Positions 41,974-52,806 of a stretch of 64,000 nt of DNA are shown here, piece by piece. Position 1 is the stretch's first letter. Every line of letters begins with the position of its first letter. The position numbers and the translations under genes are program-made. The notes under the pieces were generated by a model. That model searched no databases, was not told the DNA's origin, and saw only the letters and a list, made by a program, of their open reading frames with translations. Origin of the DNA: Candidatus Poribacteria bacterium (GTDB lineage: Bacteria > Poribacteria > WGA-4E > PCPOR2b); contig OZ244587.1 in NCBI GenBank assembly GCA_965218095.1, positions 3,072,001 to 3,136,000 on the forward strand. Reading direction: 5' to 3'.

Positions 41974-44900
41974 ATGCACATCATCACGAGAGTCGTTCTC
42001 ATTGTCTACACCTGCCTGCTCTATAGCGTCATTCATGCGCAGATAGAGAAGAGAGGCGCTCAACCCGTCTCTGAACAAAACACCTCGCAATATCGCTCGA
42101 CATCCGAACAACGGATCAGTTATGATGACGTTTATGGGCTCGAACTGGAGTTACCCTTCGCCAGCAACATTGAGGTGAACGCGGTAGCAGCAGACGAAAT
42201 GATCATCAAACTTGAAAAGCAGGGGACGGGCATCAATGAAGGGGCCGCTCAAACGTATCTTGATGCTGTGAAATTGGAAATCTCCAGGGATGACGATATT
42301 TTGCTGCTGAAGCCACAACTCCCGGATGCACCTGATTCAAACGCAACACTGACGCGGATGGACTGCTTCATCAACACACCGCCGGATATATCGCTCAAAA
42401 TCAAGACAGAATCTGGAGATATTCGCGTACACGGCATCCGCGGCAACATGGTTTTGACGACGGCAGCCGGCCATATCCATCTCGACGAAGCGATGGGGGA
42501 ATATCAGGTCAGCGCCCAAGAAGGGCAAATCTATGGGCGCATTCTCTTGACCGGTGGCACCAGCGCATTTGAGACGCAATCCGGTTCGATTAATCTTGTG
42601 GTGATGGACGAGATCGCCGCGGAGATGATTCTCACAGCAAGTGAAGGGGAAATCACGCTGCGCTTGCCGGAAAATTATCCGGCGGAGATCGAGATGCAAG
42701 TCGAAAACAAAGATCAACACGCCATTACCATCGACATGCCGTTTGAAATCGAGACCGCCTTTGTCGGAGATGTGGTACGCGGCTGGATCAACGATGGCGG
42801 CCCTCTGATTCAAATGACCGCAGGTCAGCGAATCGCTGTTCTGTCCTCCAAATCTTCGTCCACAGAATCCGAAGCGGACGATAGCGAGGCAGAAGCCAAT
42901 GATTCTTATGCCCAAGACGGACTGACCCCGCCGCCGACGGTTGACGTACCTCGAGCGTCCGTACCGCCTGTAATCGACGGAGATCTATTCGAGAAAGCCT
43001 GGGCAAAGTCGGTGCCGCTTTCCTCCTTTTATATGGCAGATGCGACCGCGCAGCCAAAGGAACCAACAGAGGGATTTCTCCTGTGGGATGATCAATATCT
43101 CTATATTGGTGCCAGAATATATGATTCGCAGATGAAGCGGATTCAAATCACACAAACCAAGCCAGATTCAGCGGTTTGGAGTGATGACACGTTGGAGATT
43201 CTAGTGGATCCGAATACGAAAACCCCGACTTATCACCACCTCGTCATCAACCCGATTGGTACGGTTTTCGATCAGCACATCGAAGCGGATTATTCGTGGG
43301 ATTCCGACGTTGAAGCTGCTTATGAAGGAATAGCAAAACCCGCTTGGGACTCTCGCGCCCAAGTTAAAACACAGATTGCTCCGACTTTTTGGAGTGTGGA
43401 AGTTGCCTTGCCGCGTGATGCACTTGAGCCCCCCTCATCCGAAAACTGGCGATTTAACCTGCATCGCAAAATGCAACGCCATTTCACCGAATCCTCGTCG
43501 AAGCCAGGCGGGGAGTATAGCTACTGGTCACCGACTTATGACATCGATAGACCTTGGTGGCCTCATTGGCCCGATCGACTGGGCGTCATACACTTGGCTG
43601 AGACGGAAAATTCCGAGGCTGCACAAGGCTTTTTAATGGAGCAACTTCAACTTGTTACAATCGAAGTTGAAGGCAACACCGACATTCCAACGTCAGAAAT
43701 CCTTCAACGCTTTCCCTTTCAGCCGGGGGATGTCATCTCCATTAGTGAACTATCATGGCTCAACCGCGAACTTGAGGATTTGGGCTGGTTTGGCGATGTG
43801 CGATTAGAGACAACCGATGTCATCGAAGAAGGTGATGAACCATTTCCCGTCCCTATCTTCAAGGTGAATCTGCGTATGCATGTGACTGAGGCGCCAACGG
43901 GTATCGTACAAAAGCTCGATTTGCGCCGAAACAGATACTTCACATCTGGATTCTTACGCAAAGGGTTCGGACTGAATCCAGGTCGCACTTCAATTAAAAC
44001 GCTGGACACGAAACGCCAACTGATTGAGAACCTTTATAAGCATCACGGTTATGACCTTGCACGGGTAGAGTACCTGTTCCCAAGCCCCCGTTTGTTGATT
44101 AATATTGACGAGGGGCATCTGGACGACATCCGTTTTTCTGGAAACCGTCGGGTCCGGCGCACCGAGTTGATTGACGCACTTGGTTTCAAACAAGGCGACG
44201 CCTATAATAAGCAGATTGGAACGTTACGTCTCAATCAGATGCGTGCCAAACTCAGCGCGAAGAACCTCTACTTCAAGGCGATTAAAACGTGGGAGGTGAA
44301 GCGGGAAGGGGACCAGAACGTGCTTGCAATTGAGGTTGAGGAGAGGTCGTTGATTGACTTGAATTTGCTGCCGGTGATAGACTTTAATCGCGTACACGGT
44401 TTGATCTTAGGGGGAAGTGGTAAGATTTCGACCATACAGGCGAACACACGAATCTTCGGGGAGGTACGCGGCGGACTTTCAAGCAAGATTTGGAATTATC
44501 AGTTGGGAGGTGAAAAGGCCTGGTTTGATCGGCACGCCCTGAATATTGGTGGAAACGTTTACAAGCTAACAGATACCAACAACTATACCGGCTTGTCTGC
44601 ATTCCTCTCAGCAGCGCTTTTCGGGCAAGCTTTGGATTACTATCAACGCGAAGGGTATCAGGCCTGGGTAAAGCAGCAATTAACGCCATCGACGAACGTC
44701 ATGCTGGAGTTTACCGATGAAGACCATGAAAACTTATTCAAATCAACCGATTGGAGTTTATTCGATACGGACAAGCCAAAACGGAGTAACCTCCGCATTG
44801 ACGAAGGACATTTACGCACGGTGACTGTGGCTTATCAATTCGATAGTCAGGAGGAGCCATCACACCAAATCAGAAATTTTTGGGCTTATCCAAGCCCAAA

Positions 44901-45429
44901 TCACCGCATCCGGCGCGGCTGGCGGGGAAATTTTTCCGTCGAATATGTGGGTAAACGACTCAAAAGCGACTTCGATTTTACGCTCTCTCGCTTTAAGATT
45001 GTGCGCTACAACCAGTTGTCAGGGAGGCATTATCTTGACTTCCGCCTCGAAGGTGGTTTTTCGGACGCGCCGCTCCCCAGGCAGCGACTTCTCTACCTCG
45101 GCGGAATTGGCACCCTGCGAGGATACGATTTTAAAGAACTCGTTGGCGATAATATGCTCTTCTTCAATATAGAGTACCGCCTGCATTTTGGAAAGATTGG
45201 GCATTTCGATGGGAGTGAGACGGCGTTAGGAGCGGTGATAGCTTTCCTCGATACGGGATACGCCTGGTTTGATAATGAAAGCCTCGAATTCGATCGCTTC
45301 AATACATCAGTCGGGATAGGATTGTCTCTCTTCGCAGTGCCGTCTTTTGCCTTCCGGCTTGAGATTGCGCGTGCGTTGCGGAAGGGACGCAATGTCACCC
45401 CCATCTTACGCCTTACACGGATGTTCTGA
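41974..45429 (+). CDS. Omp85/BamA-family outer membrane protein with N-terminal DUF4097-like and CBM9-like domains
   Basis: Signal peptide; beta-strand repeats; PVIDGDL...WDDQYLY...WSVEVALP; POTRA-like segments; barrel motif LGGIGTLRGY; terminal Phe. Confidence 0.8.
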   Translation: MHIITRVVLIVYTCLLYSVIHAQIEKRGAQPVSEQNTSQYRSTSEQRISYDDVYGLELELPFASNIEVNAVAADEMIIKLEKQGTGINEGAAQTYLDAVKLEISRDDDILLLKPQLPDAPDSNATLTRMDCFINTPPDISLKIKTESGDIRVHGIRGNMVLTTAAGHIHLDEAMGEYQVSAQEGQIYGRILLTGGTSAFETQSGSINLVVMDEIAAEMILTASEGEITLRLPENYPAEIEMQVENKDQHAITIDMPFEIETAFVGDVVRGWINDGGPLIQMTAGQRIAVLSSKSSSTESEADDSEAEANDSYAQDGLTPPPTVDVPRASVPPVIDGDLFEKAWAKSVPLSSFYMADATAQPKEPTEGFLLWDDQYLYIGARIYDSQMKRIQITQTKPDSAVWSDDTLEILVDPNTKTPTYHHLVINPIGTVFDQHIEADYSWDSDVEAAYEGIAKPAWDSRAQVKTQIAPTFWSVEVALPRDALEPPSSENWRFNLHRKMQRHFTESSSKPGGEYSYWSPTYDIDRPWWPHWPDRLGVIHLAETENSEAAQGFLMEQLQLVTIEVEGNTDIPTSEILQRFPFQPGDVISISELSWLNRELEDLGWFGDVRLETTDVIEEGDEPFPVPIFKVNLRMHVTEAPTGIVQKLDLRRNRYFTSGFLRKGFGLNPGRTSIKTLDTKRQLIENLYKHHGYDLARVEYLFPSPRLLINIDEGHLDDIRFSGNRRVRRTELIDALGFKQGDAYNKQIGTLRLNQMRAKLSAKNLYFKAIKTWEVKREGDQNVLAIEVEERSLIDLNLLPVIDFNRVHGLILGGSGKISTIQANTRIFGEVRGGLSSKIWNYQLGGEKAWFDRHALNIGGNVYKLTDTNNYTGLSAFLSAALFGQALDYYQREGYQAWVKQQLTPSTNVMLEFTDEDHENLFKSTDWSLFDTDKPKRSNLRIDEGHLRTVTVAYQFDSQEEPSHQIRNFWAYPSPNHRIRRGWRGNFSVEYVGKRLKSDFDFTLSRFKIVRYNQLSGRHYLDFRLEGGFSDAPLPRQRLLYLGGIGTLRGYDFKELVGDNMLFFNIEYRLHFGKIGHFDGSETALGAVIAFLDTGYAWFDNESLEFDRFNTSVGIGLSLFAVPSFAFRLEIARALRKGRNVTPILRLTRMF

Positions 45430-45783
45430 AAATGTGAAATGTGATGCCTGAAAGGTGAAATGATTCCTTTCGTTCTTCCTTTCCTTTTCTACTTGGCTAT
45501 AATTACATAGTAGAAATGACTCGGCGATACTGATATTTTCTTTCCACATCCCGAGCCTCAAACCGTTTGCGCTTTCGGTGCAACACATGATATAATAGCA
45601 AAACTAAAGCAACGAAATGACGGTGACGGAGAATAAAAATGGCCCCATTTACAAGCCAAGAAATCATGACACTAGAAAAATTGGTGAAAGATGTGAGGCT
45701 GGCACTAGAAGATTTATCGAAACATATGAGAAAGTCAGTTTGTGTCGGCGCCCATTCATATATCTCGCCTCTTGATTTTTTTC

Positions 45784-45812
45784 TTGACAGGCATCGGTCT
45801 GAATGCTAACAT
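45784..45812 (+). promoter_or_regulatory. Sigma70 promoter for tRNA-Pro
   Basis: TTGACA, 17 bp, TAACAT with extended -10 TG. Confidence 0.7.
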
Positions 45813-45842
45813 TTAGGCGCGTTGAATTGAATAAATTACGGT

Positions 45843-45916
45843 CGGGGCGTAGCGCAGCCTGGAAGCGCGCTTGAATGGGGTTCAAGAGGTCGCTGGTTCA
45901 AATCCAGTCGCCCCGA
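45843..45916 (+). tRNA. tRNA-Pro (GGG), CCA not encoded
   Basis: Acceptor CGGGGCG/CGCCCCG, anticodon stem CTTGA/TCAAG with GGG, T-loop TTCAAAT. Confidence 0.96.
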
Positions 45917-46075
45917 TTTTTTCTTAACCTTTAGATTGATACCTGAGTCTCCCGCCATATCGCCGGCTAACATGAATTCCTTTCTGCCATTGATTGAGTC
46001 CACGATGCAAAACCTCCCTGCATCTGCACATCATTCACACCTCTGACTTAGGAATGCAAAGTCGCCTGCTGCTTC

Positions 46076-46110
46076 GTAGCGCAAGTTGAACAAGAATGAA
46101 CTTGCGCTAC
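46076..46110. repeat. GTAG-type REP-like palindrome
   Basis: GTAGCGCAAGTT...AACTTGCGCTAC; related copy near 27847. Confidence 0.7.
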
Positions 46111-46265
46111 AGGCAGAACAGGAATACTGCTGGCTCCATCCCCTGGCGGGCTGAAGTGAACCACCGGCGATACACGGTGGAATGTCGCAGAGGTTGTTCA
46201 AAAAACACTGAGACGGTCAGATAATTTCGCCTAATAGATATTCGATGAACCATAGAGAGGTAGCA

Positions 46266-47588
46266 GTGGATAAACCCAATATCAATGTGGGGATCCTTGG
46301 CTGGGGCACAGTCGGCACGGGAGTTTCCAAGATTTTGCTCAATCGGAGCGATCTCATTTTTCAGAATACCGGGATTCAACTGAGCCTGATCAAAATTGCG
46401 AAGCGAACGCTACCGGCGGCTCGTTCCGGTGTAAAACTGCCCGTGGGTTGCTTGACAACGAATCCTGCTGAAATTGTCGAGAATCCTGAAGTCGATATCG
46501 TCGTAGAACTGATGGGGGGAATCGATGACACACGCCGCCTAATCACCCAGGCTATTCGCAATGGGAAGCACATTGTGACGGCGAACAAGGCGTTGCTCGC
46601 CGAGCATGGATTTGAGCTCTTTCAGCTTGCTGATACGCATAACGTCAGCCTTAACTTTGAGGCGAGCGCGGCGGGAGGCATTCCAATTATCAAAATCTTG
46701 AGAGAAAGTTTCGCCGCAAACCGCATTCACTCAATTTACGGCATCATCAACGGCACATGCAACTACATCCTGACCCAAATGCACGAAAGCGACGTCGATT
46801 TTGGTGAGGTCTTGAAAGATGCTCAAGCAAAAGGTTATGCCGAAGCCGATCCGACATTTGATGTTGAAGGCGTTGACGCCGCCCATAAGCTAACCCTCCT
46901 CACGTCGCTCGGTTACGGATTTGCGATGCCGATGGAGCAGATTTACGTTGAAGGCATCACGAACATCACCCCAAATGAGATCCAGTACGCTCGTGAGCTT
47001 GGCTACGTGATCAAGCTCCTTGCCATTGCTAAACTCAACGGAGACAGGGTTGAAGCCCGTGTTCATCCGACGTTGGTGCCTGCGCGGAGTATGCTTGCAA
47101 ATGTTGGCGGCGCCTTTAATACCGTCTGTGTCATCGGCGATGCTGTGGGGCCAACCCTTTTTTATGGACAGGGCGCCGGTGAAATGCCAACGGCGAGCGC
47201 AGTCGTAGCGGATATTATCGATGCGGCGAAATCAATTAGCGGAAAGGTTAGCTCCCAGGTTCCGCGGGGTTGGCTTTCCGAGTCTCAAGCTAACATCTCT
47301 CTCTGTCCTATTGATGATATTGAAACCCGTTACTATGTTCGCCTTGTTGTGCTGGATCAACCAGGGGTGTTAGCACAGATTAGCAGTGTTCTGGGGAAAT
47401 ACCGTATCAGCATCGCATCTGTCATCCAGAAGGAACACCATGAAACCAATGATACCGCCTCAATCGTTATGATGACTCATAAAGCCGTTGAGAAAAACAT
47501 GCAAATGGCGATCCAAGCAATCGATGCGCTTGATGTTGTCAGGGATGGGCGCCGACTGATTCGGATTGAAGAGGAAGTTGCATTTTAA
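46266..47588 (+). CDS. hom: Homoserine dehydrogenase with ACT domain
   Basis: GWGTVG, VTANKA, NGTCNYIL, GYAEADP; start GTG 46266 or ATG 46245. Confidence 0.96.
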   Translation: MDKPNINVGILGWGTVGTGVSKILLNRSDLIFQNTGIQLSLIKIAKRTLPAARSGVKLPVGCLTTNPAEIVENPEVDIVVELMGGIDDTRRLITQAIRNGKHIVTANKALLAEHGFELFQLADTHNVSLNFEASAAGGIPIIKILRESFAANRIHSIYGIINGTCNYILTQMHESDVDFGEVLKDAQAKGYAEADPTFDVEGVDAAHKLTLLTSLGYGFAMPMEQIYVEGITNITPNEIQYARELGYVIKLLAIAKLNGDRVEARVHPTLVPARSMLANVGGAFNTVCVIGDAVGPTLFYGQGAGEMPTASAVVADIIDAAKSISGKVSSQVPRGWLSESQANISLCPIDDIETRYYVRLVVLDQPGVLAQISSVLGKYRISIASVIQKEHHETNDTASIVMMTHKAVEKNMQMAIQAIDALDVVRDGRRLIRIEEEVAF

Positions 47589-47602
47589 GGAAATCGCAGC
47601 GA

Positions 47603-48661
47603 ATGGTTTGGAAGGGTGTCATTCCTCACTACCGCGCATATCTACCGGTCACGGCAGAAACGCCGATCATCACGCTCAAGGAAGGGAATACGCCCCTCAT
47701 TGAGGCGACGAATTTGAATGAAGCGATCGGTAACGACCTGCGCATCCACTTGAAATACGAAGGGCTAAATCCGACGAGTTCATTCAAAGATCGAGGCATG
47801 ACCCTTGCTATCTCCAAAGCCCTTGAAGAGGGAGCAAAAGCGGTGATGTGTGCCTCGACTGGCAATACTTCAGCCTCTGCCGCCGCCTATGCTGCGAGAG
47901 CTAAACTGAAATGCATCGTCCTCATTCCAAAGGGAAAGATTGCGCTTGGGAAATTGGCGCAGGCGTTGATGCATGACGCAAAAGTCCTGGCGATTGATGA
48001 AAATTTTGACGAAGCGTTTCAGCTTGTGCGTGCCATTACCGACAAGCACCCGGTCCATTTGGTGAATTCGATCAACCCCTACCGTATTGATGGACAGAAA
48101 ACGGGGGCGTTTGAGGTTATCGATCATCTCGGCTTCGTTCCCGATTATCACGCAATGCCAGTTGGCAACGCAGGGAATATTACGGCTTATTGGAAGGGAT
48201 ATAAGGAATATTACGAATGTGGCAAAGCTGAGAGCCTTCCCAAAATGCTCGGCTTCCAAGCGTCGGGGGCGGCGCCGATAGTTTTAGGGCATTCCGTCGA
48301 GAAACCCCAGACGGTCGCCAGCGCAATTAAGATTGGGAATCCCGCAAATTGGCGGTCTGCGGAGAAAGCACGCGATGAATCGGGGGGCTTAATCGATACG
48401 GTTTCAGACGACGAGATTTTACAAGCCTATCAGATGTTAGCGAAATTGGAGGGATTGTTCGTTGAACCCGCTTCTGCCGCCTCAATTGCAGGCGTTATCA
48501 AGCTGAATCGAAAAGGATATTTCCAACCGGGGGCAACTATGGTCTGCATACTCACCGGACACGGGTTGAAAGATCCGGATAGCGCGTTGAGAACCGGGCG
48601 GACGCCGACCCCAGTGCCGGCAAACGAATCGGCAATCCTGGAACATGTATATAAACCGTGA
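47603..48661 (+). CDS. thrC: Threonine synthase
   Basis: NPTSSFKDRG, CASTGNTSAS, PVGNAGN. Confidence 0.96.
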   Translation: MVWKGVIPHYRAYLPVTAETPIITLKEGNTPLIEATNLNEAIGNDLRIHLKYEGLNPTSSFKDRGMTLAISKALEEGAKAVMCASTGNTSASAAAYAARAKLKCIVLIPKGKIALGKLAQALMHDAKVLAIDENFDEAFQLVRAITDKHPVHLVNSINPYRIDGQKTGAFEVIDHLGFVPDYHAMPVGNAGNITAYWKGYKEYYECGKAESLPKMLGFQASGAAPIVLGHSVEKPQTVASAIKIGNPANWRSAEKARDESGGLIDTVSDDEILQAYQMLAKLEGLFVEPASAASIAGVIKLNRKGYFQPGATMVCILTGHGLKDPDSALRTGRTPTPVPANESAILEHVYKP

Positions 48662-48706
48662 TGCGTGAATGCCTCAACCTGAATTCTACAAAAGAGGTAC
48701 ACAAGC

Positions 48707-49930
48707 GTGAGAATCATTGTTCAAAAATTTGGCGGCACATCTGTCGCGGATGCGGCAAAGATTAAAAACGTCGCCAAACGAGTGGTCCGTGCGCATGAGG
48801 AAGGGTATTCCGTTGTTGTCGTTGTGTCTGCGATGGGAGATACGACCGACCGCCTTGAGCAACTTGCTTATGAGATCTCTGCGAATCCTCCTGACCGCGA
48901 GCTGGATATGCTTAAGTCCACCGGCGAACAGGTCTCGATTGCGCTGCTCGCAATGGCGGTTTCAGGACTTGGATACCAGGCAATCTCGCTCACGGGAACG
49001 CAGGTCGGCATCATCACCGATGGCTTTTATAGCCAGGCGCGAATCAAAAGCATCAACAGGGAGCGGATTCTGCCAGAATTGGATCGAGGAAAAATTGTTA
49101 TTTTAGCGGGTTTTCAGGGGGTTACCATCAATAACGAGATTACGACCCTCGGACGAGGGGCTTCCGACACCACTGCCGTCGCAATTGCCGCGACATTAAG
49201 CGCTGATCGTTGTGATATTTATACGGATGTTGATGGCGTTTACACAGCGGATCCGCGCGTTGTTCCAGATGCCCGCAAGTTCGGTCAGATTACGTATGAT
49301 GAAATGCTTGAAATGGCGCGGCTTGGCGCGAAAGTCTTGCACTCCAGATCTGTTGAGCTTGCAAAGAAATTTAACGTTCACCTTTGTGTGCGATCCAGCT
49401 TCAGCGAAGCCGAAGGCACTATGGTTATAAAGGAAGATGAGATGATAGAAGAAGTTGTCGTCAGCGCAGTGACCTCTGATAGAGACCAGGCAAAAGTATC
49501 GCTGCTCGGCGTACCGGACACCCCAGGGATCGCAGCACAGATTTTCCAAGAAATTGCTGATGCCAATATCAGTATTGACATGATCATTCAGACGGCAAAT
49601 CAGGGTGGTACAGCCGATGTATCGTTTACAGTTGCAGAGAAAGACCTGCAAGCAACTGTTAAAATTAGCGAAAGACTCAAGAGCCAAATCGGTTTCGCCA
49701 GCGCTAGCACGGACAAAAACATTGCGCTTGTGTCATTAGTTGGCATTGGGATGAAAAGCCATGTTGGTATCGCTGCACGAATGTTTCGCGCCCTCGCTGA
49801 CGAAGGCATTAACATTCAGATGATTAGCACTTCAGAGATTACGATTTCTTGTGTAATCGACGAGCAGGAGACGGAACGGGGTGTTTGTGCGATTCACAAT
49901 AAATTTGAACTCGGGGGCGCTTCTTCATGA
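48707..49930 (+). CDS. lysC: Aspartate kinase
   Basis: VQKFGGTSV, TTLGRG, DVDGVYTADP, ACT domains. Confidence 0.96.
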   Translation: MRIIVQKFGGTSVADAAKIKNVAKRVVRAHEEGYSVVVVVSAMGDTTDRLEQLAYEISANPPDRELDMLKSTGEQVSIALLAMAVSGLGYQAISLTGTQVGIITDGFYSQARIKSINRERILPELDRGKIVILAGFQGVTINNEITTLGRGASDTTAVAIAATLSADRCDIYTDVDGVYTADPRVVPDARKFGQITYDEMLEMARLGAKVLHSRSVELAKKFNVHLCVRSSFSEAEGTMVIKEDEMIEEVVVSAVTSDRDQAKVSLLGVPDTPGIAAQIFQEIADANISIDMIIQTANQGGTADVSFTVAEKDLQATVKISERLKSQIGFASASTDKNIALVSLVGIGMKSHVGIAARMFRALADEGINIQMISTSEITISCVIDEQETERGVCAIHNKFELGGASS

Positions 49931-50478
49931 AAACACTCGAATTCATCGTCAAAGAAATTCCCGAAGGCCAATTTGAGCTCCACGAGGTTCTGGTCCCCGC
50001 GGCGGAGATCGACTTAAAGATAGAAGAAGTGCAGTTTATCGGAGAGATCCACGGACACCTTCAACTCTTGCGCCGTGTACAGGAGGTTTATGTGAGGGGC
50101 AGCTTTTCGGGCTCGATTGAGGTAGCGTGTCGTCGATGCGTTGAACCGTTTGTGACCAGCATTGAGACGGACACCGAAGTCCAATTTTATCCAACCGATG
50201 AGCCGAAACTAACAGATGCGTGGCAGATGGATACCGGCGAACGGTATTATTCAGAAAGCATAATCGACCTGTCTGACGAAGTGCGCCAGGCTTTCATCCT
50301 CGAAATTCCCACCTGGTCTCTCTGTTCAGAAGTGTGTAAGGGGCTATGTCCGCAATGTGGGGAAGATCTCAACTTCATCGACTGCGGTTGTCATCCCTCT
50401 GAGGAGCGTTCCTCGCCGTTTGCTGCTTTGGGAGATCTGTTAAATCAGCCCGACCGTGCTGTTGGGAATGGTTTCTAA
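49927..50478 (+). CDS. yceD: YceD/DUF177 family protein
   Basis: CRRC, CKGLCPQCG; upstream of rpmF. Confidence 0.88.
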   Translation: MKTLEFIVKEIPEGQFELHEVLVPAAEIDLKIEEVQFIGEIHGHLQLLRRVQEVYVRGSFSGSIEVACRRCVEPFVTSIETDTEVQFYPTDEPKLTDAWQMDTGERYYSESIIDLSDEVRQAFILEIPTWSLCSEVCKGLCPQCGEDLNFIDCGCHPSEERSSPFAALGDLLNQPDRAVGNGF

Positions 50479-50530
50479 AAAATTACGCAAAGGAGGTGAG
50501 GTTGGGTTCTTGAGTGAACCCAAGCAAGAA

Positions 50531-50716
50531 ATGGCACATCCAAAACGTCGAACGTCAAAATCTAAAAAACGTATGCGAAGAAGCCACCATGCGCTTCTCG
50601 AAAAATTTGTCTCAACATGTCCCCACTGCTCAGAAACAATCCTGTCTCATCGTGTTTGTCCAAGCTGTGGATACTATAAAGGACGACTCGTGCTGAATGT
50701 GGCTGAAAAAACTTAA
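50531..50716 (+). CDS. rpmF: 50S ribosomal protein L32
   Basis: MAHPKRRTSKSKKRMRRSH, CPHC, HRVCPSCGYY. Confidence 0.96.
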   Translation: MAHPKRRTSKSKKRMRRSHHALLEKFVSTCPHCSETILSHRVCPSCGYYKGRLVLNVAEKT

Positions 50717-50786
50717 TGCAATTTGCACAGTCAATCCCTGTTGCGAGCTTGGATGCCGTAGGAAATAAAAAAGGAATGCTATTATA

Positions 50787-51776
50787 ATGGCTCGATATGC
50801 AGCAATCACCGGGACCGGTTCATACCTTCCGGAACAAATATTAACAAACTTCGACCTGGAGCGGATGGTCGATACCAGCGACAAGTGGATTCGGCAGCGC
50901 ACTGGTATTGTCGAACGGCGGATTGCCGAATCCGATATGGCGACCTCAGATTTATGTATCCGAGCCGCCCGACAAGCTATTAAAAAGGCTGAGATTGATC
51001 CCCTTGACATCAACATGGTCATCGTTTGCACCGCGACGCCCGATGCGTTTTTCCCCTCAACTGCGTGTTATGTGCAGCAAGACACTGGCGCCAAGAACGC
51101 CTGCGCGTTTGATATTTCGGCGGCTTGCGCGGGATTCGCCTATGGATTAGACCTCGCCGATAGCATGATCAAATCCGAACGCTATCAAACCATTTTAGTC
51201 GTTGGTGGAGAGGTCTTCAATAAAATCCTCGATTGGACAGATCGGAATACCTGCGTTCTGTTTGGCGACGCCGCAGGTGCTGCAATCGTGCAGGGGACAG
51301 ATGAGGCAAAGGGGATTTTAGCGTCCTATATCGGATGCGATGGAGACTACGCCGATACCGATCTGTTAGGAATGCCAGCCGGTGGCACACGCCTTCCGGC
51401 AAGCCATGAAACTGTCGATAAGAAACTGCATTCCATCAGAATGCGCGGGCGGGAAGTGTTCAAGCTCGGTGTCCGTATTATGCCAGAAGCCGCCCAACGC
51501 GCGTTAGATCTGGCGGGGATGACGATTGATGAGATCGATCTCTTCATCCCGCACCAGGCAAATATGCGCATCATTGAGGCTGTAGGGAATCGGCTTGGAA
51601 TTGCGCCGGAAAAAGTGTATGTCAATGTTGACAGGTATGGGAATACTTCGGCTGCGACCACAATCGTCGCGCTTGACGAAGCCATTCGGGAAGGAAGGGT
51701 GAAGCCGGGCGATTTGGTGCTCCTGGCCACGTTTGGCGCAGGACTGACGTGGGGAAGCACCTTAATTAAGTTCTAA
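50787..51776 (+). CDS. fabH: 3-oxoacyl-ACP synthase III
   Basis: AACAGF, PHQAN, GNTSAA. Confidence 0.96.
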   Translation: MARYAAITGTGSYLPEQILTNFDLERMVDTSDKWIRQRTGIVERRIAESDMATSDLCIRAARQAIKKAEIDPLDINMVIVCTATPDAFFPSTACYVQQDTGAKNACAFDISAACAGFAYGLDLADSMIKSERYQTILVVGGEVFNKILDWTDRNTCVLFGDAAGAAIVQGTDEAKGILASYIGCDGDYADTDLLGMPAGGTRLPASHETVDKKLHSIRMRGREVFKLGVRIMPEAAQRALDLAGMTIDEIDLFIPHQANMRIIEAVGNRLGIAPEKVYVNVDRYGNTSAATTIVALDEAIREGRVKPGDLVLLATFGAGLTWGSTLIKF

Positions 51777-51841
51777 ACAAATCAGCGATTTAGCAAAGGG
51801 GCTTTGTATTTCAGAGACCTGCATCACGTTTCACGTTTGAT

Positions 51842-52780
51842 ATGATCAAACTTGCTTGTATTTTTCCCGGTCAAGGTTCTCAAAAGGTGGGAATGGGCTT
51901 GGAACTTGCCCAGGCATATCCTGTTGCCCGTGCGACCTTTGAAGAAGCCGATTCTGTTTTGGATCGGAAACTGAGTCAACTCTGCTTTGATGGTCCCGAT
52001 GAAACGCTGAAACAGACGGAAAATACGCAACTGGCGATTTTGACGTGTAGCGTTGCTGCGCTGCGGATTCTGGAAGAACTGGGTGTTTCCCCGGACATCG
52101 TCGCTGGACATAGCTTGGGAGAGTATTCTGCACTTGTCGCTGCTGGTGTGCTTGCCTTTTCAGATGCGCTGAAGCTGGTCGAATATCGCGCTCAATTCAT
52201 GGCAGAGGCTTCCCGCCGACAAGATTGTACAATGGCTGCAATTTTGGGATTGGAGGCAGAAGCGTTACAAGATCTTTGCGAGGCTGCGTCATCTGTTGGC
52301 GTGGTTCAAATTGCGAATTACAACTGTCCTGGCCAATTGATTGTTTCTGGGGAGACCACCGCCGTCAAACAAGTCATGGAAAGCGCGAAAACTGATGGTG
52401 CTAAACGCTGTCGTCTGCTTCAAGTTAGCGGCGCATTTCATTCGCTTTTGATGATTCCTGCAAAAGATTGCCTTCAAGCGATAATCGATGACTTCCCATT
52501 CAACACCCCGCAGACGCGGGTGGCTGCTAACGTAACGGGTGACTTTGTGCAAACCGCAGATGAGATTCGCCGCACCCTGATAGCGCAGGTAACGTCCCCC
52601 GTTCAGTGGGAGAAATCGATACGGACTATCGGCGCTGCGGGTATCTCTCACTTTGTGGAGGTTGGTCCAGGGAGGGTTCTCTCTGGCATGGTACGCCGCA
52701 TCCTTCGTGAACCGATCTGCCGCAATGTTGAGGATACTAAAAGCTTGGAAAAAACGATAAGTGTGATACGTGAAACGTGA
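51842..52780 (+). CDS. fabD: Malonyl-CoA:ACP transacylase
   Basis: FPGQGSQ, GHSLGEY, AFHS. Confidence 0.96.
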   Translation: MIKLACIFPGQGSQKVGMGLELAQAYPVARATFEEADSVLDRKLSQLCFDGPDETLKQTENTQLAILTCSVAALRILEELGVSPDIVAGHSLGEYSALVAAGVLAFSDALKLVEYRAQFMAEASRRQDCTMAAILGLEAEALQDLCEAASSVGVVQIANYNCPGQLIVSGETTAVKQVMESAKTDGAKRCRLLQVSGAFHSLLMIPAKDCLQAIIDDFPFNTPQTRVAANVTGDFVQTADEIRRTLIAQVTSPVQWEKSIRTIGAAGISHFVEVGPGRVLSGMVRRILREPICRNVEDTKSLEKTISVIRET

Positions 52781-52806
52781 AGTCCATTCTGTTTAGGGAT
52801 GATTGA

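Noticed and set aside
45843-45916. tRNA-Pro as integration site for the recombinase
   Set aside because: No duplicate of the tRNA 3' end noticed; flanks are not mobile genes.
46266-51776. Absence of thrB and plsX from their usual operons
   Set aside because: Both are often located elsewhere; cannot be judged from one window.
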